A DNA stretch of 64,000 nucleotides from Chrysomallon squamiferum. Lineage: Eukaryota; Animalia; Mollusca. Under the pieces are notes generated by a model that did not search any database, was not told the DNA's origin, and worked only from the letters and a program-made list of their open reading frames with translations. The stretch spans positions 7,006,001-7,070,000 of the forward strand of contig CM022665.1 of assembly GCA_012295275.1 (NCBI GenBank). Direction: 5' to 3'. Below, piece after piece: positions 1-13,375 of the stretch (position 1 is the first letter of the stretch; each line of letters opens with the position of its first letter). The translations under genes were made by a program, and so were the position numbers.

Positions 1-575
1 CACTGAGTTAAATGTTAACTGTTGTAGTATTATGTGGCAACTTAGGAATGGACATTTAATCTCTACAGCGTCTGTTGATGTGTGCCTGACGAACCATGCT
101 TGAAATGTATCCAGCACAACTCACATTAGGAATTAACATTGAAAGGGGCATTCGGTTCAAGGGAAATTGGATGATATTTTCATCCACCCTGATGTTTTTG
201 TCTTGCCAGCATATGGTACTGGGACCTCACTACCTGTTCCGCACAGATGCTTGCTAAAATGTGTGATTAAAAAATTATGAGAATGTATTCTTTGATTTAT
301 ACCACTCTGTGAGAGATTTAGTTGGCTGTAATTGCAGGTAGCAGTTCAGCCCTTCTGTCATCATAACAGCAGACCTTTTTTTTTTTCTTTTTTTTATGGA
401 TGTAATGATAATAATTGTTGGAAAATAAACCATATGTTTATTTGTCATGTCAAGGCCCATTTCCCTAAAACGATATGAATTAATAATCAAGTTAATAGGA
501 GCTTGTTAGTTTTGTTCTTTTTTTATTTTTATTAATTCATGAATATTTTTAAAACTGAAGTTACTAATGTGATTG

Positions 576-609
<34 letters not shown>

Positions 610-653
610 TCAAAAATCAGATTAGTTCCTTTAATTTCACAAATATTCATAAA

Positions 654-684
<31 letters not shown>

Positions 685-1057
685 TCTAGTATTTATCATG
701 TACTGAGCTTCAACTATTATGTGAATCTCTATGTATTTGTCTATTTGTGTATTTTGTGTATATCATAGATAGACAAAAATCATAAAATTAATTTGAAAAC
801 AATTCAGTTGTAAAAGTTTTGAACTGTCATCATAAATTTTATATCATGTATAAAAAAAGTAAATGTTTTTAATTATTTGAAAGATGACAGTGTACCAGTC
901 TGGTTATTTTCTGTTCCACCCTGAGCTTCAGTACAGGTGTTTAGTTACTAGTATATGCTTTCCTGTCTATGAGAAGGTAGTTATAAAAAAAAAATTGCTG
1001 CTGACCAAAATAATAGGTTTTCTCTCACTGTAATATTATAACTCAATGTATTTGCAG

Positions 1058-1193
1058 TCTGATATTATTCATCAAAGTGTTATGGAGCTGATTCATTCTG
1101 AAGACAGAGAAGAGTTCAAACGTCAGCTCACGTGGAACTCAAGTTTACCTCCAGAAAAGTCCAGTATTTCTCTTCATGAAATCATGTTGCCTG
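1058..1193 (+). CDS. AHR: AHR exon (PAS-A)
   Basis: ttgcag|TCT GAT ATT... [27 protein letters not shown]...; donor G|gtaatt. Confidence 0.95.
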
Positions 1194-1509
1194 GTAATTT
1201 CATCATCCATTACTCTGTAACAAGAAATAAAAGTTTTAGGCAGCCACGGTCATGTAGTTAATATGTTAATATGTTAGAAAAAATTACTGTAAACTGTCCT
1301 CTCCAAACTGTTCGGGAATTTAAAAACATAAGTTTTAAAAACATACTGTATTAAATACAAATAAATATATTTATTAATTTATGCAATATTTGTTTTCACT
1401 TCAGAAAATCATCAATATCTTCATCGGTCTTTTACTGTAAGGTTCCGATGTCTTCTTGATAATACCTCAGGCTTCATTGTAAGTATAAACTGATTTCATC
1501 TATTATTTA

Positions 1510-1541
<32 letters not shown>

Positions 1542-4500
1542 AAAATATATTACTTAAGAACCTTTCTCTTTATACCTGTTAAGCAAAACCTACTTCAGAC
1601 AGAACATAACATTATGCAAAATCTACAAGTGAAAAATAATCTTTAAATAATGTTGTTTGTCATGTAGCAACTTTTCTCTGCAGACTCTTGAAATAAATGG
1701 CTGGATCCGGGTTCTGCATGGTGCAAACAGTCGGGTGGATGAGCTTCAACTTGGTCTGTTTGCAACGTGCTGTCCATTTGGTCCATTGTCTTTGTTTGAC
1801 ATACCATCCCGAGAACTGACCTTCAAGAGCAAGCACAAGATGGACTTCTCCCCCATCACCATGGACAACAAGTAAGCTTCATTTCTTGTGTAGTGTTAAA
1901 TATTAATAAAACATAATATGAATGTCATTATAAACATTTAAAACTTTTTATTTATTTATTTTTTTTTTTTTTTAGGTGATACCCCATTTCCAGGATTTTG
2001 TTATTATACTATTTGTAAATTATTTTAACAAAAATAATAAATATTATTAGTTTTATTTATTTATTTTTTTTTTTTTATTATTTAGTTTTTGTTTTGTAAA
2101 TTGATCTCTCACTTTTATATATTATTTTATACTCACATATATTTAACGTTAGTACATTGATATTGTCTTTACATAAATCAGCTTCATGATATTTTATAAT
2201 CTCATTATTAAAATTCACATTTTGTTCTGAACTGATGTTTAAAATACTTTTCTAATTAATTTATGCAGAATTTAAAAAAATGTTCAGTGAACAGACGCTA
2301 TTTTGACTTTTAAAATTTAAGTACTAAAAAACATCATTAGACAGTGAAGAGAGTTTACTTTTAGAAATGGTAAAATCTTTTTACCTTTTTTCTTCATAGC
2401 TGACATTCATTCAGTTTTCTAAAATAAATAAATAAATAGATAAATAAATAAATAAATATCTGAGTAGTACAATGGTTGTAAAAGAATAGTTTCAAGCGAC
2501 GTCATCTTGAATTACAACAAAGAAACTTGTTGACCCCAAACTTTTAAATCAATGCTTTGTTTATTGTTGTAAATGGGACAATATGATTTAACCTCAAAGT
2601 GTTGTGAAAGAATTACCGAAGAGCTGGTTTGTTTTCTGTATTTCCTTACAAAGTTAAATCAGTACATTAACCGCAGTTTATGCCAGTCATATGATCCTCA
2701 CTGCAAGGATTATGAGGGATTAAAACAGACTGAATATTATCTATGTAAAGAAGTAAAGGTTAAGTAATAGCTTTTGTGAGTGTTCTGTCTGTGTGGCCAG
2801 TTCTCATACTGGCTGAGATCACTGTCACCATGTTAACAAATATATCTTCACCTTGCCTTGATTTTCACTGTGAAACCAACATCACAAACAAACTTTTAAA
2901 TTTATTCAGTAACCAGAATGAAACATATTTACACATACGTAAAGAAAGAAAGAAAGAAGATATTTTGTTTTTAACATTTAAAAAGCTGAAAAGAAGATTC
3001 TTTAAAGTTGACAGACAGTGAAACACACACACACACACACACACAAAACATATATATGACATTTACACCTGTGCATGAACACACATATATATACATTACA
3101 TTAAAAGTAAACTATACAGCATTTGAATAAAGTTTATTATTTAAACTATTTTGAATACTGAGAAGAAAAGTATTATATTTCTGGCATGCAGCTTCTTCAT
3201 TCTCATTTGATACTCTCCACTACAGATAGATAGATATAGATATATATGTAACTTTCACTCTAAGTGTTGAGTAAATGACTTAGCAATAATGAAAATATTT
3301 AAAACTATGCAAACACTCTGCTCCTCCCAGCTGGCCTACATACCAAAATATATTTAGAGCTTTCACCCCATAAAAGTTAGAGTACTGAGAAAATGACACA
3401 GCAAGAATTAATTCTTTTTTAAAAAAAAAACCCTAATCATTGCTAATTAATTTAAATTTTATAAATTTTTGGAATGTGTTTTCTTATGTGTGTTGCACAT
3501 ATTTATAATGTGGTTAATTTTCAGTTATATATTTAATTTAAAGCAGATGTTTCCTCCTTTTTAAAAAGACTAATTTAATGAAAATTAAAATAATTACAAA
3601 ATTTTGCTTTGTCATTGTATTTACGTAGCAGTAATGAAGCAGTTAATGTTTCACAGTGGGAAGATCACAGTTTTGTAATGTATCTCAGACAACACTCAGG
3701 CACTGATCCAGTAACCTCTGCCACATTATCTCACAGTGTTAAACTAGAGAGAGAGAACAAGACTACTGTTTCAGTTGCAAAATATGGTCATTACATTTCT
3801 CACCTTGTATGGCCGTGTTCTGGCTGAAACACCTGGTCTGCTGTTTACCAGTAATTTAATTGCTCTGCTAAGTCATCTGTATATCAGGTGTGTTGATAAA
3901 GAGATCAGATAATCCTTGTTGAGGTAAAAATGCTGAAATCTGCTGTATCAGTTAGTTAATGTTGTGTATCGTTTTGTACTCACCTGTATTAAATATTAGT
4001 ACATAGGTGTTGTCATTACTCAGATCTGTCTCACATTTTATCTCATTATTATAACTGACATTTCATTCTTCTCTGGTATTTAACTGACTGATTCTTGTCG
4101 AAGTTATCTAAAGCATTGCATTTGTCTTAGATTCGAACAATTAGCAGCTGAGCTTACATGACTGAAGGAATTAAAATGACAATCCACATGTATATTTTTT
4201 CATTAAAGTGCACCATTGGTGGTAGTAATAAGTTATTATTTTATTATCTTGGGTGATCTTTGTCACACATAACAGAATATGACCATAAAATAATACTGTT
4301 ACTTAATCCACCACATATGCTGTGATCTCACAGCTACTGAAAAACAGCACTGCAGGGATAATTTTGAAACTGCCATACTTTCTTATAAATTAACACTGGA
4401 TGGCGAACAAAACACAACTTCTTTGTACAATCACAGGCACACTTTCATGTTTCAAGTAGTTAATGATTTCAAGACTTACTACAGTCATTATATTCACAAG

Positions 4501-7482
4501 TTTTTTGTTGTTGTTTTTTTCATATTTTATTTCATTTATAGTGTGTAGATTTAACATATACAAAAATAAATATTTATTTGCAGAGGGAAGATCATGTTTG
4601 GCTATGCTGACCACGAACTGGCATCAAAGTCTGGGTATGATCTCATCCATCCTGATGATCTCACTTATTTTTCTGCAGCTCACCAAGAATGTAAGAAAAC
4701 ATCAATTTAATTCTGAAACTATAAAATTTCTTATTTTGTATATCTCCTCTTTTTGGAGGGATGCTGTTGCTAACTGAATGATTTGTTTAAACATCTACGA
4801 GGTACGCATCTTTAATATCTGGCAGCATATAGCTTCAGTTATAGGTCTTTATAACAAAAGGTTATTTAAATTTGTATTTAAATATTTCTTTGTTACCACT
4901 CAAAATTCTTTTTGTATTTTTATTTTTGTCACTTCAATTTAATAATTATTTCAAAATATTTATGCAGTCTACTGGATTGGAATGATTTATTTTTTTAATT
5001 TTATTTTGCTTTTTTCATCAAAATATTTTTGTGATTTTTATAGGATTTTGATTGTGTTAATATTTTTAATGTGCAGTGATCAAGACAGGCAGTTCTGGTT
5101 TGATAGCGTATCGATGGATGATGAAAATGTGTGGCTGGATGTGGCTGCAGTCAAGCTGCAAGGTGATCTACAAAAACAGCAAACCAGACTTCATCATCTG
5201 TACTCACAGACAACTAACGTGAGGCTCTAATATTCACTCACAAATTAAACATAACAAGACAAAGAAATAAAAGATAATAGTAAAAAAAAAACAGAGCAAA
5301 ACTGAGATAAAGCTCCTAAGACTTGTATCCTTGAACAGTAGTATATGTCTATTAAAATACAAATTTCAGTATGGATATAAGAATTAAAACATTGGTATAC
5401 AGTTCATGATAAAATTTCACATTAAATCTGTTTTCCAAACAGAAGCAATAGTTACTGATGTGAATTTATATTATGTATTGAAAATTTGTTATTTGTGTGT
5501 TAACTAACAACAGTTTGTTTTATTTCAGTGATGATGAAGGACAAGACTTGTTCACAAAGAGAGGCAATGAGTTCAAACTGCCATACCCTCTGCTTGATAT
5601 AGATCTCTGTGCTGGATTTGGCTTTTCTGATGAGGAGCTCAATTCAAAAACAAAATCCAAAAACAAGAAAAAGTCTCAAGGTCGTGAATTTTCAAACAAC
5701 AGGAAAAGAAAGAATGCTTGTTTGTTGAATGGTTTTAATAATAACTACCCTTACCCCTATGACACAGGAGAATTCAAGACTGATATTGTTTACCCTTATG
5801 GCAGCAATAATTTTGGATTTGATACAGACATTTACAGATCTCACGGATATGGACCATTAACTGGATCTGTTTATCCTTCTACAGATTCCTATCGTTTGGA
5901 TGCTGAAAAGCATGGGCTTTCTAATGGCTACTACCTTGATCACAGACAATATCAGCCATCTATACCATATCCTACAAATGGATATGCAGATCTTATGGCT
6001 TCTGCTCCTAAATATGGATATGACATCCAAAAATATGGATATGATGCATACAGTATAGATCTCACAAAGAAAGGTTTGTGTGGTGAGGACTTGTCTCATT
6101 TTGAAAATGATTCCCGTAAGTTTGGTTATGACATTCATCCACATGAAAGATTTCCTCCAAGGTTTAATGGAACCTTGGAACCTGTAGATCTGAGATCAGC
6201 ACCTGTTTATAACACAAATTCGTTTATGAACCCTATTGAAGGCTCTGTGGCTCCACAGTGTATCACATCACCCCCTTTTTTCAGATCTGTCCACAACCAG
6301 AATCTGTATCCAAGAGAGGCAAAACTTGACAAACCATCCCCTGATTCACAAGACCTTCTTCCCTCCATTCCACTAACCCACAGTTCAGTGATTAAGTCTG
6401 TACCAAACAGAGATTCAGTTCAGTCTCAGAGTAACATGCACAATAATCTGAACTCTTCAGTGTTAACAAGTATGAACAGTGAACAGAATAAAAGTTCAGA
6501 CACCAACTGTTCATCATGGACTCACTGTGTCAAAGGTCAACATATGTATGGTAATGGAGGAAGTTCAGGATCTGGCTCAGATCGAGGTACAAGTCCTGCA
6601 CATTCTGATTTAAGTAGCAATGAAATGCATTCAGGGGGTGTTCCATCTCTGCCCAGATCAAGTCCAAAGGTTGCAGGAGCTCCAGCTTCAGTTATTCACA
6701 TGGTGTAAGTTTTACCTTATATCTTTTTCAGTGGTACAGATATTTAACTGAAATTTGTGTAAATATCAAGCAACAGCTATTCTTCATTTTTCAATATGCA
6801 TAATGAACAGTTCTTAAGTCAGTTATATATTAAATAAAAAATTTAAAAAGCATATAAATAAAGAATTATATTAATCTGACACCATAAAATTTAATCAGTC
6901 TGAGGTCTTAGTATCTTGAAACTACTGTGGCATCATGATTGAAAAATGTAAATATGTAAACATTATTTTTTATTCCTCATTACAACATCTAAATTTGAAA
7001 AATTCTGATCTTCAGGCGGTCATGTGAGAAACAGTCAGTTATCAGCAGTATTCCTGTTCCTGTTGTAAAGCCGTCCTCTTGGTCATCACACCACTACAAC
7101 AACAACAACAACACTGTCTATGACAAGGAATGGACAGCTACAGATGCATATTCCTGTGGGACCAAAACACAACGAGGAATCATCAGTGACACCTTCAATC
7201 ACCCAAAGGTAATTTACAAGTTTTTTTGTTTATGAAACTTATTTAAACAAAGCAGCATTATAATACTATAATGTAAAATGTAAAATAAAACAAAGAAAGT
7301 TTATCTTAAAAATGACTATAATTTGATTTTTATGAACAAAGTAAAAAGATTATGAGAAGCTATTTGTAAAGTATTAAATTTATGATTTTTTCATAAAGAT
7401 ATACAACAAATGTTATAATATCTGATTCATTTGAGAGATCTGTTGTGATGAGTTATAAGAATTTGTATAATTATGATACTTA

Positions 7483-7531
<49 letters not shown>

Positions 7532-7708
7532 CAAACTGACAGACATGTTAACCCACACTAACACATAATAGTTTGAAGATACTTACTTAATGATATTTTT
7601 TATTTTATTTTTCAGCACATGAGCCTGAAACCTCTTGGTAACTGTGGTGACAATCCACTGTTGAGTTTTTCAGAGATGACTCACACCCTGCTCAGCAGCA
7701 GTCACTAA
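1058..7708 (+). CDS. AHR: Aryl hydrocarbon receptor (spineless orthologue), 5'-partial spliced CDS: join(1058-1193,1405-1478,1684-1871,4584-4690,5077-5218,5529-6704,7016-7208,7616-7708), 702 aa in window
   Basis: AHR-diagnostic peptides [61 protein letters not shown] and [15 protein letters not shown]. All 7 introns are GT-AG with matching phases. Exon lengths sum to 2109 nt, ending in TAA. The bHLH and start of PAS-A are outside the window. Confidence 0.95.
1405..1478 (+). CDS. AHR: AHR exon (PAS-A C-terminal part)
   Basis: ttcag|AA AAT; [25 protein letters not shown]; donor gtaagt. Missed by the ORF track. Confidence 0.95.
1684..1871 (+). CDS. AHR: AHR exon (PAS-A/PAS-B linker, start of PAS-B)
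   Basis: ctgcag|ACT; [13 protein letters not shown]...[16 protein letters not shown]; donor gtaagc. Confidence 0.95.
4584..4690 (+). CDS. AHR: AHR exon (PAS-B)
   Basis: ttgcag|A GGG; [36 protein letters not shown]; donor gtaaga. Confidence 0.95.
5077..5218 (+). CDS. AHR: AHR exon (PAS-B C-terminal/PAC)
   Basis: gtgcag|TG; [47 protein letters not shown]; donor gtgagg. Confidence 0.95.
5529..6704 (+). CDS. AHR: AHR large exon (basic cluster; Tyr/Ser/Pro-rich putative transactivation region)
   Basis: tttcag|T GAT GAT GAA GGA; [20 protein letters not shown] continues the frame; lies within the 403-aa ORF 5497-6708; donor GT|gtaagt. Confidence 0.92.
7016..7208 (+). CDS. AHR: AHR penultimate coding exon
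   Basis: ttcag|G CGG TCA...CCA AAG|gtaatt; open in the required phase ([11 protein letters not shown]...TFNHPK). Confidence 0.8.
7486..7528. repeat. (CA)n microsatellite in the last AHR intron
   Basis: Direct reading. Confidence 0.95.
7616..7708 (+). CDS. AHR: AHR terminal coding exon
   Basis: Strong polypyrimidine tract plus cag|CAC ATG; [30 protein letters not shown]. Confidence 0.82.
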   Translation, partial: HMSLKPLGNCGDNPLLSFSEMTHTLLSSSH

Positions 7709-10700
7709 CATTTCCTGTGAACCGCAGTTCCCTACAGCACTCTAGTTCTCTTTCACAGGGTATCGGTCATTTTTAAAACAATGTACTCATATCTCTGTAG
7801 TCTGAATTTATCACAGTCTGTTAATACTCACTGAAAGTTAGGTCTAAAGACCAGAAACTATCAGATGTATCATAATGATGATGTTTATTATTTATTTCTT
7901 ATTTTCAGAAATCAAAAATGATAATAATGTGCTAAGTATTGATGTTAAATGATAATTAGATTATTTATATCATTTTGAGTCACAGAATGTACAAACAAAA
8001 TATTGTTTGCCAATGAATAAGAAACATCTATTTTAAAGTAAGTGGCTGCTAGTATTATTATTATTACTTTCTTCCCTTTATCTTGGGACAGATTAAGTAA
8101 ATTGCACATTTAATACTTCATCCTGTGTAAGAACAAATTTCATTGTAAAAATTCACTATGTCAATCAGTACCAGTCATTGAAGTCTCTGATATGTTTTGT
8201 TTTGTTATTTTATCAACTAAAATTAAAATGACACAATTTTTGTTTATACAAAACAATGAGTTATGTTTTAATGCTGTTATGAATAGTGATTGTTCTAATT
8301 ACATAATGAGATGTTGATCTGCTTTGTCATGTTTTTAACACAATTTCTATTAATCAGCAAAAAAAAAAAAAAAAATCATTATCCATCAAACATTTTTAAT
8401 GTAAATATGTGTTTGTAAATTTTTTTATTTAAAACATTTTTTATTTGTAACAGAAAAAGGCACAAAACTGTAATATAACATTCCATAGCAATTCCTGCAA
8501 TTGCCCATGACAATAAGCAATGCTAAATAGATTGCCATGGATATTTTCTGTTTCCATGGTAGCATATCTGCTTTTGTAAAATGAAATTTGTTTTAAATAT
8601 TTATTTGTTTTCTTTTTCTTTTTAAAATTTTAAGAATCTTTTTATTTTTTGGTTTTCACTTTTCATTGCTGGTATCATGGTAAACTTTCTGTAGAAACTA
8701 ACATGAATATTCATTTTCCATGGTGTTTCTTCTTCTGTAGTTACCATTGTAATTGCAGGAGATGACATAGTGATATTTCACTGTGATACTCCTAAAAATG
8801 TTCTTAAAGTTAAAAACTAGAATTTTAGAATACAGATTATTTAACTGTGTTTCTTAGTTAAATAAATGATTTGAATTCAATGAATGTTCATAACACAGTA
8901 AAAAAAATAAAACTTAACATACTCAGAATTTAAACAGTGCAACATAAAGCTCGTCAAAAACCAACAAATTAATAAAAGTAATAGTCACAAATAACCATCT
9001 TGCTTAAATTTATAACACATTGTTTTCGACTGTCAAAACAAACACAAATCAAATTGTGTGTCTTCTAGCTATTCTCATCTTTTAGTTCATATCACTGTTT
9101 ATTTTGTGTGGGTTTTTTTAAGTTCATCATAATTGACCCTTCACTCCATTCAGGTTTACATAAATAAAAATGATGTACTGTTGTTGTTGTTACAGTATTT
9201 TAATTCTTTAGACAGTTTATTGTCAGAAAACTCAACATAAGTCTTAAAGTAGAATCAATTAATCATAATAACAGTTACATAAATACTAAAAGAAATTTCG
9301 ACGTGGGTATATAATATATATTTTTTGACATATGGTAGTGTATACGATTATTGCAACCAGAAGATCACAGTCATGTTAAAACCTGTTGCCGTTCGGACGT
9401 TTGTTTCCAAGGCCGCAAGCCATTTACCTCCCACAGGCGAAGACACTGAATTGAAGAAACTATGTCCATTTGTTTCTGCTGTGAGGGCGACTCACAACTG
9501 TTGATCCCAAGGCACCACAGTTTCAGCCCAAATGACCGGGATATACAAAGGATCATTTCCCACTAATCCTTACTCCATTGCCCAGGCATTATTTTATGAC
9601 GATTGTCATTGCCACAATCGGATGGCTGAAGTAACCAAATATTAACTCGAAGATCATGTCCAGATTTAGCTAATCTCTTTGTAAGGTGTTGAAGAAAGAT
9701 AAGATGTTAACAAGAACTATGGAATTATAAAGACATCTATCATGGTTTAAATGGATGGCTATCAGTGTCCAGGGATGTCAAGGCATGATTTCACCTGATG
9801 CTAACTCACCGAGTACTCTCTGAACTTGAGACAGTTTTATAAGGTGGGAGGAGCAGATAAACAAAGTCTAACAATAAATAAATCGTCTTCGGCTTTCTTC
9901 TCTCTTCTCTCTTTTTTTTTTTTTTTTCCCATTATATATCTATATTTTAAAAAACCATTTTCAGAGGTTTTTTTTTTTTCCAATGGATATATCGTGTAGG
10001 CATTTCAGAAAGATTTTTAAAAGAATAATAATAATAGTCTATACGAATACTAACAAATGTATATGTGAGATTTTGTTTTTCTTCCATATCATTTTTGTCA
10101 AATAACAAACGAAATTTAATTCTTCACTAAAACACACAATGATCCACTGTCGTCAACGGCAGATTTAATATGAAGCACGCGGCTTCTTATTTTTATTTTC
10201 ATTTTGCCAATTGTCACAGTGACGATGTTTATATATTTCTGACATTCTGGACCCTTCCATGTAATTATTTCTGTATATGCTTATTATGTGAATTTGTTTA
10301 ATATGTTTATTGGTTTCATATGTTGAAATACGTGGAATGCACATTTAAAGGTACTGATTTAATTTGGAGATGTTCTGAAAAGTATCACTTCAGAATTAAT
10401 TTTTCTTTTTTCAAAACCATCCAGAAAAGTAATAGAGAATATACAGGAAGTTACAAATTCAAATCAAATACGTAACTTTGTCCTCCTTAATTTGTTCTTT
10501 TTCTATTTCACGACGTAATGGTACTTATACCTTTAACCAGAGTGGACAGGTATGATATAAAATAGAGGCGTTCACTGAATTGCGAGTTTGTTTTTACTTT
10601 GTTGACGTAAACGCATCTTCTTGCTTCACAGAGAGCGTTCCGACTTTCCTTACAACTTTACATGTCTGTGAATTTAAAAAAAAAAAAAAAAAAACTAATT

Positions 10701-10873
10701 TGATTTTTTGTATTTGGAATCTTTGGTTGCTAAAACGTTGTACACACTATGCAATTTGTCAGCCTGGATAGCCACGTGCGATTTCATAGCGCTACAAAAA
10801 CAGCCAAATAAGACTAACATTATTAAACTGTTTTCACGTTGCGACCGAATTACATGCAACACGGAACAACAAC

Positions 10874-10904
<31 letters not shown>

Positions 10905-12354
10905 CGTTGAAATTTTAATTCTTGTTTTTGAAATCTAAAAACGTTATAAATGTTTATTAAAAGAACAATAATTTTATGACATTTTTGTAAGTATTAGTTA
11001 TCTAATTTTATTTCATCTGTTTATTAATTTATGTCATGACAACTTATTCATCATTACCGTTCCCATCATAGCCATTATTATTATTATTATTATTTTATTT
11101 AATTTCTAAATAAATGATTAATGTATTTACTTCTTAACAGTATCTGTACAAATGAAATAAAAAGTATTTATTTGATATGATATTTAGAAACAAGGTACAT
11201 ATTTAAACATGTTTTATTTTATTTATTTATTTATTTATTTATTTTTATTTTATTATTAACATTTTTGATTTTTGAAGTCGTATCTGTCACATGCTAGAAA
11301 AGAAGAAAAATCGTAAAATGAGGGAACGACGTAATTTAACAAGCATTGCGTTTTGAATGTATATAAAAAATAATTAACAGACATATACAGTATCTACCCG
11401 GGCCTTCGCTTGATGTCCGCCCGATTAAATCATTTCCTTCTATTGTCTGTCCCACGTTTTCTTCATTAAAAGAAAATCGTTTAACCTTAGTCCTGTGTGT
11501 CTTGGTACATTGTCCGTTTGTTCAGACGAATGTGTTCAAGACATTCACAGAAATCCAAGTAAGTCCATATTGGGAACACATCACCTACAATTAATTGTAG
11601 GAGTGAAAACGAAAATACTTTAAACATAATTTATACATCTCTGTAGTCACATAGTAGTATTTAGATTTGAAGACGTCTATGTATAAAATTGATGATTAGA
11701 TTGTGTATTGTTATAATTTGTCTTTGACTTGAGGATATTTTTTTGTCCCATAAGATATATATATATATAAATATTATACATATTTCTGTATCTTTTGTTT
11801 TCGTTTGTAAGCATTACTTGAAAATGACAACAAATGTACAATAAAGACAAATTATCAATACTGATTTTTTTATTATTATTATTTATTATTCTAAGAAGTA
11901 TGTTAAACACATTATTATTTATTTTTAACAGACTGTTTGAATCTTTTGCAGTTAGTGAAACTTCATTTTATCTATTTATTTATCAATAAGATTTATTTTA
12001 AACAGCTGTATTTGGACCAAAACAAATGAAGAATAAATTATTGTATATATAAACATTTAAATTCGTTTCGCCTTATCAAGTTAGAGATTTTTTTCTGGAC
12101 TTATGACTGTTCACCTCCAGTGATGAATTATATTTTATGTATATATAAAGAAATTATATTATTGTAGTGTAGAATTTTTGTGCAACATTCAACTGGTTTA
12201 CAACACTTAACATATGCACATAATATGTTAATATGAAATCATCCGCTAAAACAATTTGCTTGGAAATTCTGCAACTGCTAACACATGAATTTTTTTGTTA
12301 TTAATAATGTAATAAAATAATGTAATAAAATATAATGCAAAAACACACCCACCC

Positions 12355-12360
<6 letters not shown>

Positions 12361-12445
<85 letters not shown>
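12361..12445. repeat. Compound (AT)n(AG)n microsatellite
   Basis: Direct reading. Confidence 0.95.
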
Positions 12446-12449
<4 letters not shown>

Positions 12450-13028
12450 GAGTTCAGATATTTTAGAGCAATAATCATAAAAAGTTTTTGTCTACGGTCT
12501 ACACGCTATCTTAATATTTGCCATAATCAGAAAACGTCTAAGATTTTTTTATCGGTACGAATAAATTTGTCTCATTTATGTACAAAAAAAAAAAAAGAAT
12601 AGAAAAAAAAAAAAGAAGAAGCTGCAGTCGACAAACTACCGAAACATAGATATATATCCGTAACTCTGTTTTGCACTGCACTCTCTTTTACCAAATCAGA
12701 CGTACTGAGAATCCTCAATCCGCAACTTCATACTTTTTCATTTGACAGACAGGCTGCGACAGTATTTTTATTTTTTATTTTTTTAATTATTTAAATCTTA
12801 TCTGTTCTGCTTTCCATATTTTAATATCGGTAAATTGTTCAACCAGCTTTCACACACTTAATTTATTTGTCTTACAGATGATATCTACAACCGTAGGCTG
12901 GTTTTTAACTCAAAGCATTAATTGTAGTATTTATTAGACCGTTAACTGGAGCCGCGTGTCGTGTATCATGTCTCTAAGAAACCTTTTAAAGAATATCCTA
13001 AAACTACCTGCACTATTTCTATCTGTTG

Positions 13029-13038
13029 CTGTCAATCA
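13029..13038 (-). promoter_or_regulatory. Pbx/Exd-Meis/Hth composite site TGATTGACAG
   Basis: Plus strand CTGTCAATCA is an exact match to the consensus decamer. Confidence 0.4.
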
Positions 13039-13143
13039 AGCCTTGACAATAAAATTAACCGTTATAATAAAATTGTTGAACATTTGTTTGGTAAAAAATA
13101 AAAGTTTACATTAGTAATACAAATAATAATAATAATAATAATA

Positions 13144-13178
<35 letters not shown>

Positions 13179-13300
13179 GGCCACGACGACGAGTAAGCAA
13201 CAACAGTAATCATGATGGAAATGAAAAAGAGTTAGACGGTAGAGTTCAATTTTAACATCCAATACCATCTTGAAATTTTATCATTTATAATGGTGTGGTT

Positions 13301-13343
13301 ACATACATACATAGATACATACATACATACATACATACATACA

Positions 13344-13372
<29 letters not shown>
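13301..13372. repeat. (ACAT)n microsatellite
   Basis: Direct reading. Confidence 0.95.

Positions 13373-13375
<3 letters not shown>

Noticed and set aside
2531-2545. TGACCCCAAACTTTT resembling a Tc1-like terminal sequence
   Set aside because: Only 15 nt; no partner inverted repeat or transposase found.
5857-6144. 95-aa antisense ORF within the large AHR exon
   Set aside because: Shadow ORF of the coding strand with no recognisable protein.
6703-6708. AHR ending at the in-frame TAA of the 403-aa ORF
   Set aside because: The TAA is part of a perfect gtaagt donor, and two downstream in-phase exons lead to a conserved-looking C-terminus. Intron retention would still give a cleanly truncated isoform.
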